A DNA stretch of 64,000 nt from Thermoproteota archaeon (lineage in GTDB: Archaea > Korarchaeota > JAOZGF01 > JAOZFZ01): NCBI GenBank assembly GCA_027492035.1, contig JAOZFT010000007.1:1-64000 (forward strand), read 5' to 3'. Below are positions 20,282 to 29,906 of this stretch, piece by piece. The position numbers and the translations under genes were made by a program. Below the pieces are notes generated by a model. That model was not told the DNA's origin, ran no database searches, and worked only from the letters and a program-made list of their open reading frames with translations. How positions within the stretch are numbered: position 1 is the first letter of the stretch; each line of letters begins with the position of its first letter.

Positions 20282-22390
20282 GTGTTTTATACCTTGTCTT
20301 TCAGAGTCGGGGTGGATGTTGGTGGAACCTTCACAGATTTAGTGGCTTTAAACAATGAAACAGGGGAGTTAATGAATATTAAAGTTCCTACAGTGACTAA
20401 GAAAATTTCTGAAGGAGTTGCTGATGCTTTAAAAGAATTCTTGAACTTAAAAGGATCTATAAAAATTTCTTTGCTGATACATGCCACCACAATCGCTACC
20501 AACGCCATAATTGGCCAGTTAGGTCTTGAACTGCCTAAGACTGTATTAATAACTACGAAAGGATTTAAGGATGTGATAGAGATTGGGAGACAGAACAGGC
20601 CTGAGCTATATAACTTGTTTGTGGAGAAACCAAAACCTTTAATACCTAGAAGATACAGATTTGAAGTTTCTGAAAGGATAGGAGCTAAAGGAGAAATTAT
20701 TGAGCCATTAAATAAGCAGGAGCTTGGAGAAATTGTTTCGAAAATAATGAAGGAGGGAATATCCACTATAGCCATTGGGCTTTTAAACTCTTACATAAAC
20801 CCGAAACATGAAAGGGAAATAGAGGAATTTTTGAAGAAGAAAATAAGAAACATTTTCATTTCTCCCTCTTATAAAGTGTCACCTGAATATAGGGAGTATG
20901 AAAGATTCAGTTCAACCGTTGTCAACGCTGTTTTAAGGCCTATAGTGTCTGTCTACATAGATGAGTTAATTGAAGAAATTAAAAGGGTTATGGGTGAGAT
21001 AGGTTTCTACATCATGCAATCGAATGGTGGGATGGCTTCAGCCTCTTCAGTCAGCATGAAACCTATTTCAATAATTGAGTCAGGTCCAGCAGCTGGAGTT
21101 GTAGCTGCAGCCTACTATGGAGAACTTTTAGGGTTAAAAAATATTCTAAGTTTTGACATGGGTGGAACCACAGCTAAAGCAGGTATAATTATTGAGAACA
21201 GGCCTATGTTGACTCATGAATATGAAGTTGGAGGGAGGGTTCATAAAGGAAGAATTGTTAAGGGAAGCGGTTACCCCGTAAGGTTCCCTTTTGTGGATTT
21301 AGCTGAATGCAGCGCGGGAGGAGGAACAATTGCATGGGTTGATGAAGGAGGCGCTTTAAGAGTTGGCCCCTTGAGTGCAGGTGCAGACCCTGGGCCTGCT
21401 TGCTACGGCAAAGGAGGTGAAAACCCAACAGTTACAGATGCTAACTTGATCATTGGAAGACTGAACCCTAATTACCTCTTAAATGGGAAAATGAAGATTT
21501 ATAGGGAGTTAGCAGAGAAAACATTGAAGAGCAAAATCTGTGAAGAAACAGGTTTAGATGTGGAGGAAGCAGCTATTGGCATAATAGAGATAGCTAATTC
21601 AGAAATGGCTAAAATTTTGAGAATTGTTTCGGTTGAAAGGGGGAATGATCCAAGGATTTTCAGTATGGTAGCTTTTGGAGGAGCAGGGCCTATGCATGCA
21701 TGTCCCTTAGCTGAAGAGTTGGAAATTTCAAGAATAATAATTCCTTTAAACCCTGGTTTATTTTCAGCTTTAGGCCTCTTAACTTCAGATCTCTCCTACA
21801 GTTTCAGTAAAGCTGTAATGGAGAAAATTAGTGAAGTTGAACCTGAAAAACTTGAGGAAATCTTCACGGAAATGGAGGAGAAAGGTAGGGAGCTGCTTGC
21901 CCGTGAAGGAATACCTGAGGAAAAAATGGTTTATTTGAGGAAAACTGATGCCAGATACCTGGGCCAATCATACGAGTTAACTGTTTCGGTTCCGAAGCCC
22001 ATTACAGAGAAAAACTTGGAGTCAGTTAAGAATTACTTCCACAAAAGACATAAAGCAGTTTATGGTTACTCTGTTGAAGAAGAGGAAGTTGAACTTGTTA
22101 ATGTAAGGCTCACAGCAATTGGTAAATTAGGGAAACCGAAACTGAAAGAAAAAAACTCTATTGTAAATAGAAGAGTGAATGTCCAACCAGAAATGAAAAG
22201 ACCTGTTTTCTTTGAAGGAACAGAGGAATATCTTGATTGTCCAATTTATTTGAGGGAGAAACTGCCACCTGGTTTTTCATTGGAAGGTCCTGCTATTTTT
22301 GAACAATACGACACTACCACAGTTATTTACCCTAAATGGGAAGCAAAAATAGATAAGTTTGGAAATGTAATCCTCAACTTGGTAGGGTGA
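20282..22390 (+). CDS. Hydantoinase A / 5-oxoprolinase ATPase subunit
   Basis: DVGGTFTD, SGPAAG, DMGGTT, SAGADPGPACY, FGGAGP. Confidence 0.93.
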   Translation: MFYTLSFRVGVDVGGTFTDLVALNNETGELMNIKVPTVTKKISEGVADALKEFLNLKGSIKISLLIHATTIATNAIIGQLGLELPKTVLITTKGFKDVIEIGRQNRPELYNLFVEKPKPLIPRRYRFEVSERIGAKGEIIEPLNKQELGEIVSKIMKEGISTIAIGLLNSYINPKHEREIEEFLKKKIRNIFISPSYKVSPEYREYERFSSTVVNAVLRPIVSVYIDELIEEIKRVMGEIGFYIMQSNGGMASASSVSMKPISIIESGPAAGVVAAAYYGELLGLKNILSFDMGGTTAKAGIIIENRPMLTHEYEVGGRVHKGRIVKGSGYPVRFPFVDLAECSAGGGTIAWVDEGGALRVGPLSAGADPGPACYGKGGENPTVTDANLIIGRLNPNYLLNGKMKIYRELAEKTLKSKICEETGLDVEEAAIGIIEIANSEMAKILRIVSVERGNDPRIFSMVAFGGAGPMHACPLAEELEISRIIIPLNPGLFSALGLLTSDLSYSFSKAVMEKISEVEPEKLEEIFTEMEEKGRELLAREGIPEEKMVYLRKTDARYLGQSYELTVSVPKPITEKNLESVKNYFHKRHKAVYGYSVEEEEVELVNVRLTAIGKLGKPKLKEKNSIVNRRVNVQPEMKRPVFFEGTEEYLDCPIYLREKLPPGFSLEGPAIFEQYDTTTVIYPKWEAKIDKFGNVILNLVG

Positions 22391-22397
22391 AAAGGAA

Positions 22398-24110
22398 ATG
22401 GTGGATCTAGTTACTGTAGAAGTTGTGAAGGGGGGGTTAGTTTACGCTGCCGAAGAAATGGGGATAGCTTTGAGAAACTCCTCTTATTCCCATAACATTA
22501 AGGAAAGAATGGATCACTCCTGTGCCATATTTGACAAAAATAAGAGATTGATTGCTCAAGCTGAACATATCCCCGTACATTTGGGTTCAATGGGTTTAGC
22601 TGTAAAGGAGGGTTTAAAAATTTATAAAGGGGATCTTCAAGAAGGGGATATGATCCTTTTCAATGATCCTTACATAAGTGGAACTCATTTACCAGACATA
22701 ACCCTTATAGCCCCTGTTTTCTATAGGGGAGAGATAATTGGTTACGTAGCCAATAAAGCTCATCATTCAGATGTGGGAGGAAAAGTCCCCGGAAGCCTTG
22801 CAGGCGATGCAACTGAACTTTTTCAAGAGGGAATAATAATTCCTCCAGTAAAGTTTGTGAAGAGGGGGTTTTTCGACGAAGAAATCTTAGAAATAATAAA
22901 ATTTAATGTAAGAGTCCCTGAGATAAGAGTAGGTGACTTAAGGGCTCAAGCCGCAGCTAACAATGTAGGTATAAACAGAATTCTAAGTTTAGTGGAAAGA
23001 TACGGCCTTGACAATTTTTATGAAGCAATTGAAGAAATTCTGAATTACTCCGAAAGAAGAATGAGAAGCGAAATTAAAAAAATGCCTGAAGGAGTTTATG
23101 TAGGAGAAGATTACCTTGAAAGCACAGGGGTGGAGGAAGAAAAGGTTAAAATAAGAGTTGAAATAACAATTAAAGGAAGCGAAATCACTTTTGATTACAC
23201 CGGCACGGATCCTCAAGTTAAGGGACCTTTAAATGCTCCGCTTGGAGTTACTATGTCAGGAGTGTATTACACGTTAATGGCTGTAACAGACCCAACGATC
23301 CCGATCAACGACGGCTGTTATAGACCTGTCAAGTTATATGTCCCAAAAGGGTGTTTAATGAACCCTGTTAAACCTGCACCTGTAGCTGGTGGAAATGTAG
23401 AAACTTCCCAAAGAAACGTCGACGTATTACTCAAAGCCTTTTCTAAAGTCATACCTGACAAAGTCTGTGCGGGAAGCCAAGGAACAATGAACAATGTATG
23501 CATAGGAGGAACTGTTGAAAACAACAAACTTTGGGCTTTGTATGAAACATTAGCTGGAGGAATGGGCGGAAGACCTGGGCTTGACGGGTTAGATGGGGTA
23601 CATGTCCATATGACAAACACTTTAAACACTCCCATAGAAGCTCTTGAAAAAAATTACCCCTTAAGATTTATTAGTTACAAATTGAGAAGTGACAGTGGAG
23701 GAGCAGGGAAATGGAGAGGAGGATGTGGAATTGAAAGAAGCTGGATGCTTACTTCTTCAAGAGCAACCCTTTCAATTTTAACTGAAAGAAACGTTATACC
23801 GCCGTGGGGGCTTAAAGGAGGTAAACCAGGGGCTAAAGGAGAATTTTATATAATTAAAGGTGGAAAAAAGAAAATTAAGCTCAAATCTAAATGTACAGTG
23901 ACCCTATCTGGAGGAGATGTATTTTTAGCTAAGACCCCTGGTGGAGGAGGTTATGGGAACCCTTTTGAAAGGGACCCTGAAAGAGTGCTGCAGGATGTAT
24001 TGAATGGTTTAGTTTCCGAAAAATCAGCTAGGAAAGAGTACGGTGTAGTGGTGAGGAAAGGGGAGTTGAACTTGGAAGAAACTATGAAATTGAGGGAGGG
24101 AAAGGTTTAA
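22398..24110 (+). CDS. Hydantoinase B / 5-oxoprolinase subunit
   Basis: HIPVHLG, NDPY..GTHLPD, HHSDVGG, HMTNT, TPGGGGYG. Confidence 0.93.
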   Translation: MVDLVTVEVVKGGLVYAAEEMGIALRNSSYSHNIKERMDHSCAIFDKNKRLIAQAEHIPVHLGSMGLAVKEGLKIYKGDLQEGDMILFNDPYISGTHLPDITLIAPVFYRGEIIGYVANKAHHSDVGGKVPGSLAGDATELFQEGIIIPPVKFVKRGFFDEEILEIIKFNVRVPEIRVGDLRAQAAANNVGINRILSLVERYGLDNFYEAIEEILNYSERRMRSEIKKMPEGVYVGEDYLESTGVEEEKVKIRVEITIKGSEITFDYTGTDPQVKGPLNAPLGVTMSGVYYTLMAVTDPTIPINDGCYRPVKLYVPKGCLMNPVKPAPVAGGNVETSQRNVDVLLKAFSKVIPDKVCAGSQGTMNNVCIGGTVENNKLWALYETLAGGMGGRPGLDGLDGVHVHMTNTLNTPIEALEKNYPLRFISYKLRSDSGGAGKWRGGCGIERSWMLTSSRATLSILTERNVIPPWGLKGGKPGAKGEFYIIKGGKKKIKLKSKCTVTLSGGDVFLAKTPGGGGYGNPFERDPERVLQDVLNGLVSEKSARKEYGVVVRKGELNLEETMKLREGKV

Positions 24111-24847
24111 ATGCCCAAATATGCTTTTTTAACCGTGTCGTTTTCTGCAAGTTGTTTACTTTCACCTTCCAGAGTTATTTTCCCATTTTCTAAAACATAA
24201 GCTCTGTCAGCTATTTTTAACGTTTTTTTAACGTTTTGCTCCACTAACAAAATAGTTATACCTTCCGAGTTCAATTTTTCCACAAGCTTAAAAACCTCGT
24301 TTGAAATTTTCGGAGCTAAACCTAGGGATGGTTCATCCAGCATTAACAGTTTAGGTTTAGACATTAGGCCCCGAGCTATAGCCAACATTTGTTGTTCACC
24401 GCCGCTGAGGGTTCTAGCTAACTGGTTCTTTCTTTCTTTCAGGATTGGGAAGTAGTTGTAGACCCATTTCATCCTATCCTCTAATTCTTCTTTATCAACA
24501 GTGTAACCCCCAACTAAAAGGTTCTCATAAACTGTTAAATTCCCAAAAAGTTCTCTTCTTTCAGGAATTAGGGAAAGGCCCCTTTTAACGATTTCGTGAG
24601 GAAGTAAACCGTTTAGTTTCTGTTTTAAGAAAACTATTTCGCCACTTGACGGTTCAATTAAGCCTGTTATTGTCTTTAATAGCGTTGATTTACCGGCTCC
24701 ATTAGCTCCGATAATTGCAACAAGTTCTCCTTCATTCACTTCAAGTGAAACATTCCATAAAACTTGTACGTCTTCATATTTCACGTCAAGATTTTTAACT
24801 TTTAACAATTCACTCCTCACCAAAGTAAGCCTCAATAACTTTTTCAT
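24107..24847 (-). CDS. livF: Liv-type ABC transporter ATP-binding protein
   Basis: GANGAGKST, LSGGEQQM, LDEPSLGLAP; the true start is probably a few codons downstream. Confidence 0.9.
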   Translation of the reverse strand: MKKLLRLTLVRSELLKVKNLDVKYEDVQVLWNVSLEVNEGELVAIIGANGAGKSTLLKTITGLIEPSSGEIVFLKQKLNGLLPHEIVKRGLSLIPERRELFGNLTVYENLLVGGYTVDKEELEDRMKWVYNYFPILKERKNQLARTLSGGEQQMLAIARGLMSKPKLLMLDEPSLGLAPKISNEVFKLVEKLNSEGITILLVEQNVKKTLKIADRAYVLENGKITLEGESKQLAENDTVKKAYLGI

Positions 24848-25526
24848 TTTCTCTTATTTGTTGCGGAGGGCCTTCAGCTATTTTTCTCCCTTCATGAAGT
24901 ACAATTATTCTTCCAGCTATGGGCATAATGGCTTGCATAACATGTTCAACAATGACTAAAGTTAATCCCTTCTTGTTTATTTCTTTAAGAATTTCAACTA
25001 ATTCCGCAACTTCAGCAGGAGTTAAGCCTGCAGCTATTTCGTCCAGTAACAAAATTTCAGGTTTAGTAGCTATAGCCCTAGCCAACTCCAAAGATCTTTG
25101 ATCAGCAGGGGTTAAGTTTCCAGCTAAAACATTTTCTTTTCCTTCCAAACCAACAGTCTTAATAACTTCCTTAGCGAACTTCACAGCCTCATTTTTTCTA
25201 CTTGACTTAAGTAAGGCCCCTATCAAAACGTTATCCAACACTGAAAGAGATTTAAAAGCCCTTATTAACTGGAAAGTTTTTGTTAAACCCATCTGGCATA
25301 TTTTATGAGGCTTTAAACCAGTTATTTCTTTTCCTTTATAGAAAACCTTGCCTTCAACAGGTTTATAAAAGCCTGTTACACAATTAAGTAAGGTAGTTTT
25401 TCCGGCACCGTTAGGACCAATTAAACCAATTACTTCATTGTTTTTAACCGTGAATGAAACATTTTTTAAAGCTTGTAAACCTCCAAAACGCATAGAGACA
25501 TTTTCAATTCTGAGAAGGGTTTCCAT
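24810..25526 (-). CDS. livG: Liv-type ABC transporter ATP-binding protein
   Basis: FGGLQAL, GPNGAGKTT, LLDEIAAGL, VEH. Confidence 0.9.
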   Translation of the reverse strand: METLLRIENVSMRFGGLQALKNVSFTVKNNEVIGLIGPNGAGKTTLLNCVTGFYKPVEGKVFYKGKEITGLKPHKICQMGLTKTFQLIRAFKSLSVLDNVLIGALLKSSRKNEAVKFAKEVIKTVGLEGKENVLAGNLTPADQRSLELARAIATKPEILLLDEIAAGLTPAEVAELVEILKEINKKGLTLVIVEHVMQAIMPIAGRIIVLHEGRKIAEGPPQQIRENEKVIEAYFGEE

Positions 25527-26509
25527 TAATGATCTCCCCTAATTCTTGGTAATTTGTGATAAATTTTTCCAATCAACTTTATTAATCCGTGAGGGTAAAG
25601 TACACAAATTAATATTATTAGAGAGCCAAGGACTATTAGATCTAAACCACTCCTAGCTCCTAAAAAGGCTCTTGTGTATTCCATGAGCGGAACCATTATA
25701 AAAGCCCCTATTAAGGAGCCATAGATTGTGCCCGCACCACCTAAAATTGCAACGATCACTATTTGGACGGTTAAAATATCTGAAAGAACAGTTTCAGGAG
25801 CTATGTAACCGACAAAGAAGGCGTAAAGAGTACCCGCCAAAGAAGTGAAAGCAGCACTTATTACAAAAGAAATTAATTTATACCTGAGGGTGTTAATGCC
25901 TAAACTTTCAGATGCAAGTTCATCCTCTCTGATAGCTACAAAGTAGTAACCAAGTTTAGACTTAACAATTTTTTCAGCCAAAAGAATTTCCGCAAAAAGG
26001 AAAATAAGCATTAGGTAACAATATGGTAATTTACTTTCGAACTGTAAATAAAACCATGGAACATGTGACTCCAAAGGAATAATTAAGCCTGTTGCTCCAC
26101 CTACAAGATCCCAATTAGTGAAAGAGTACCTCATTGCTACCAAAAAAGCTATTGAAGCTAAAAAAAAGAAGTGACCCCTTAAACCAAACCTGAAACAAAG
26201 GTAACCAATCAAGCCAGCGAAAAGAGCAGAAACCAAAGCTCCAATAAACATTGAAATATAGGGTGTAACCCTCCACCAAATGAAGAGAAGAGCTGAAGTG
26301 TAAGCTCCTAAACCGACAAATGCAGCGTGAACAAAGGAGCCTTGTCCTGTGTAGCCTCCTAGTAAGTCCCATGCAACACCTAAATAAGCAAAGTAGAGGA
26401 CGAGAAAAAGCGTTCTTCTAAAATAAGGAGAGGGATAGAGGGGAAGAAGAGAGAGTATAATTAAAATAATTAGCTTGTTTATTGCTGATTTCTCCAGTCT
26501 AACATTCAT
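25526..26509 (-). CDS. livM: Liv-type ABC transporter permease
   Basis: GYTGQGSF, AIREDELASESLGIN, LGGAGT. Confidence 0.9.
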   Translation of the reverse strand: MNVRLEKSAINKLIILIILSLLPLYPSPYFRRTLFLVLYFAYLGVAWDLLGGYTGQGSFVHAAFVGLGAYTSALLFIWWRVTPYISMFIGALVSALFAGLIGYLCFRFGLRGHFFFLASIAFLVAMRYSFTNWDLVGGATGLIIPLESHVPWFYLQFESKLPYCYLMLIFLFAEILLAEKIVKSKLGYYFVAIREDELASESLGINTLRYKLISFVISAAFTSLAGTLYAFFVGYIAPETVLSDILTVQIVIVAILGGAGTIYGSLIGAFIMVPLMEYTRAFLGARSGLDLIVLGSLIILICVLYPHGLIKLIGKIYHKLPRIRGDH

Positions 26510-27381
26510 TTCCTCCCCCCTGTACCAAATATTCCTGTGGGTTTAAATAAAAGGATTAAGATGAAAACAACCATTGCAACCACTTCCTTCCATTGCGGCC
26601 CCACGAAAAGAGCTGAAAGAGACTCCAGTTCACCTATGATTAATCCACCTGCAAGGCTTCCTACAAAACTTCCCATTCCACCCAAAACCACTATTATGAA
26701 AGCTAAAAGGATAAATATGGAACCTACGGTTGGGTAGATGTAATAATAAAGTGAAATAAACACTCCAGCTACTCCCGCTAAGCCTGTTCCAATTCCAAAA
26801 GTTACCATTCTCATTTTTTTAACGTTTATGCCTACAAGTTCAGCTGCAATAGGGTTTTCGTCAACAGCCCTTATACCTGTACCCATTTTTGTCCTTGTCA
26901 AGAAAAAATGCAAAATAATTATGGTTACTACACTGCCTATGAAACCTATCAAGCGAGGGGTGCTAATATGTAAACTCCCCAACGAAATTAAGGGGAAGTT
27001 CAACCTTATTGCCCTGTAATCAGCACTCCAAAAAAAGTACGCAAGGTTTTGTAAAAGTAAAAGCAAACCGAAAGTAAGAACAGTCTGGATAAAAATATGA
27101 GCTTTAATAACTTTTTCTATAGTGACTCTTTCAAAGGCTGCACCTGCAAAAAAAAGAAGGGGGAAAACGATGGCTAGACTTAAAAGGGGGTGTAAACCTG
27201 TTAGGGTAAACAGCCAAAAAGCAATGTACATCCCAAGCATTATGAACTCTCCATGTGCAAAGTTTATTATTTCTAATACACCATAGATCATGTTTAATCC
27301 TAAAGTGAAGAGTGCATATATTCCACCAATTAATATTCCTTCAATGGCGACTTCTAAGAGATGCTGCAGCAAAGCAGACAA
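26506..27381 (-). CDS. livH: Liv-type ABC transporter permease
   Basis: YALFTLGL, INFAHGE, VVLGGMGS, KPTGIFG. Confidence 0.9.
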   Translation of the reverse strand: MSALLQHLLEVAIEGILIGGIYALFTLGLNMIYGVLEIINFAHGEFIMLGMYIAFWLFTLTGLHPLLSLAIVFPLLFFAGAAFERVTIEKVIKAHIFIQTVLTFGLLLLLQNLAYFFWSADYRAIRLNFPLISLGSLHISTPRLIGFIGSVVTIIILHFFLTRTKMGTGIRAVDENPIAAELVGINVKKMRMVTFGIGTGLAGVAGVFISLYYYIYPTVGSIFILLAFIIVVLGGMGSFVGSLAGGLIIGELESLSALFVGPQWKEVVAMVVFILILLFKPTGIFGTGGRK

Positions 27382-27399
27382 ACCCCCTATTCTAAACTT

Positions 27400-28728
27400 T
27401 TAACCTCCTCTTTCAGACCATGTAGGCATTGGGAAAACAACATCCCTAGTTGCAACATTCCAAGGCCAGATAGTGTAGGCTGTAGCGTTAAATGTTTGGG
27501 TCATTATTCCCTTCACAAGGATATTTTGTCCGTTTTCAGGGTTGAATTTGATTCCATCCCATGCTGTAGGAAGTTTCTCAGCCGGCCAGTTGGTTGCAAG
27601 TATAGCTTGCCTCAAGGCTTGGTGATCTGTCGAACCAGCTCTTTCAAGGACATCAGCTACCAAAAGTGCACCTACATAAGCTCTTATTGATGTACCGTCA
27701 AAGTGTTTACCGAACTTAGCATAGTAAGCATCATCAGCTTCTTTAGCAACAGGGTTTATTTTCTTCATGTCCGGTGCATAATTTTCTCTGTTAATTATGT
27801 AATCGCCATCTTTACCGACTGCTTTGAAGTAATCAGGGTGAGTGTAACCTACGTCTGTGGCTAAGATTATTTTCGGGTTTACGTCGTATTCTTTCATTGT
27901 TTTAGTGAAAAGTATGGCGTCAGTAACGTACGAAGTCAACATTAAAACATCAGGGTTTGCAGATTTTATTTTTGAAACTTCGGATGTAACGTCAGGGGTG
28001 TCGTGGCTGTAGGGGAGATCTAAAACAACTTGGTAACCGTGTTCAGCCGCATACTTCTTTTCTAGTTCACCCATGCTTGCCCCCCACAAAGTGTTCTCGT
28101 AAACTACAGCCACCGTTTTTAATGGTACATTAGGGTACTTCTTTGTTAAATCACTTAAGAACTCAAAGAAGTTCCTGGCGAAAAGGTCATCATCGGGGGT
28201 TATTCTGAAAAACCATTTAAATCCTTGCTGGATTAATTTAGGTGATGTTGATTCAGGATTAATCATAGGTATTTCATATTTTTCAGCTACTCTAGCTACA
28301 GTTAAAGTGTTGGAACTTGCATAGGCTCCTGCAAGCATGCATACATGCTCCTCGGTGATAAGTCTCTCAGCTTCAGCAGCAGCTGTTTCAGGGTCCCCTT
28401 TACTATCGGCAAAAACAAAAACAAGTTTTGCTCCTCCCAAGGATTTTATTCCACCTTCAGAGTTCACTTTATCTTGGACAAGAAGAAAAGCGTCTCTTGC
28501 ATCGGTTCCAGGTTTAGCTAGAGAACCTGTGAGCGGGTATACAACTCCAACTTTAACTTCTTTAACGGTAGGTGTTGGGGAAGGGGTTGCAGTTACAGTA
28601 GGAGAAGGTGTAGGAGAAGGAGTTGGGGAAGGAGGCTGCCCCACACATCCTGCAATCAATAGAAGTAATGTAGCCGCCAATATTAAGGGGATTTTTCTAT
28701 TTCCCCAACTTCTCATTTTTTTTGACAC
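27400..28728 (-). CDS. Liv-type ABC substrate-binding lipoprotein with Pro/Thr/Ser linker
   Basis: Lipobox LIAGC, PSPTPSPT linker, VGVVYPLTG, GAYASS; periplasmic binding protein type 1 pattern. Confidence 0.9.
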   Translation of the reverse strand: MSKKMRSWGNRKIPLILAATLLLLIAGCVGQPPSPTPSPTPSPTVTATPSPTPTVKEVKVGVVYPLTGSLAKPGTDARDAFLLVQDKVNSEGGIKSLGGAKLVFVFADSKGDPETAAAEAERLITEEHVCMLAGAYASSNTLTVARVAEKYEIPMINPESTSPKLIQQGFKWFFRITPDDDLFARNFFEFLSDLTKKYPNVPLKTVAVVYENTLWGASMGELEKKYAAEHGYQVVLDLPYSHDTPDVTSEVSKIKSANPDVLMLTSYVTDAILFTKTMKEYDVNPKIILATDVGYTHPDYFKAVGKDGDYIINRENYAPDMKKINPVAKEADDAYYAKFGKHFDGTSIRAYVGALLVADVLERAGSTDHQALRQAILATNWPAEKLPTAWDGIKFNPENGQNILVKGIMTQTFNATAYTIWPWNVATRDVVFPMPTWSERGG

Positions 28729-28867
28729 CCTTCTAAATTTTGTAATATTTAGTTTAGCTTGAGACGTTTTTATGCTTAAAAATCTTTCTAGAAAGAAAAA
28801 TTTTTAACTTTTTAATTAAAAAGTTGACAGTTTTTTATCTTCAAATTTTATTTAAAGAAAGACTGGA

Positions 28868-29641
28868 TTACGTTTTTTTGATAAGTTCCACAACGTTCTT
28901 TACCACTTTTTCATGGAAAATTTTCCCTTTTTCAAGACTTATTTTCGAGGGGTCCCCGCCTGTCCCGCCTGTTTCCCTGTATTTTTCAAGATTTTCCTTG
29001 GGAAGGTTAGGTACATAAATTACTGTATCTCTTAACAAGCTAGGGTCTGCAACAAAGAACTTTTTCAAACTTTCAACTTTACCCTTCACCTTCTCCAAAT
29101 TCACTAATTCCTTCTTTATGTAAAGCATGTGAGAAGTTTCTTGTTCATCTCCATGTGAAATAGGGCCGAAGCCAAGTTTTTGCGCTTCTTCTCTAACTAT
29201 ATAAGAGGGATCTATAACATAAACCTTCACTTCTGCTTCTTCTTGTATTTTATAAGCTGCTATCTGTAGCCAAGGTAGGTTAACTATTCTGTGGCCGTTT
29301 ATAACTACTATTTTTTTGAATCCGTGTTTGGCAAGAGACAGCCCTACATCTTTTAGGAGTTCAATTAAGACTTCAGGTCTTATGTTTATTGTTCCTGGAT
29401 AGGCCATGTGTTGAGGGGACCAGCCGAACCATAAGGGGGGAGTAACAACTGCTCCTGTTTCTTTTGCCACATCTTCAGATATTTTGATGGCTATAAAGGT
29501 GTCAGTTCCTTCAGGTAAATGTTTACCATGTTGCTCAGTGCTTCCTACAGGGACTATGGCTAACCCTACTTTACTTATTCTCTCCTTTACTTCTTCCCAA
29601 GTCATTTCCTGTAACCAAACTTTTTTATACAGGTTTATCAC
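28868..29641 (-). CDS. Creatininase-family amidohydrolase
   Basis: PVGSTEQHGKHLPEGTD, PGTI, NGH, ETS. Confidence 0.9.
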   Translation of the reverse strand: MINLYKKVWLQEMTWEEVKERISKVGLAIVPVGSTEQHGKHLPEGTDTFIAIKISEDVAKETGAVVTPPLWFGWSPQHMAYPGTINIRPEVLIELLKDVGLSLAKHGFKKIVVINGHRIVNLPWLQIAAYKIQEEAEVKVYVIDPSYIVREEAQKLGFGPISHGDEQETSHMLYIKKELVNLEKVKGKVESLKKFFVADPSLLRDTVIYVPNLPKENLEKYRETGGTGGDPSKISLEKGKIFHEKVVKNVVELIKKT

Positions 29642-29906
29642 CTCAAAAAAATCAATGGTTCCTTTTAGAAAGGGCCTTCAGTTACTTTTTGAACATGTTG
29701 AGAAATAATTTAAAGTTTTAGGGCTTGACGTTGTCGGTGTTTATCGATAAGGAACTATTTTCCTTTTCCTTACACCTGGTCCTTCCTCTGAATTTTGGTA
29801 ACATTTTTAAATAAATTTATGAATTTATTCCTTACTTTTTGAAACAAAACAGGAATTTGTTTAAAGGAAAATAACTGAAATCTTTAAAATCATTTTTGGT
29901 GAAGAG

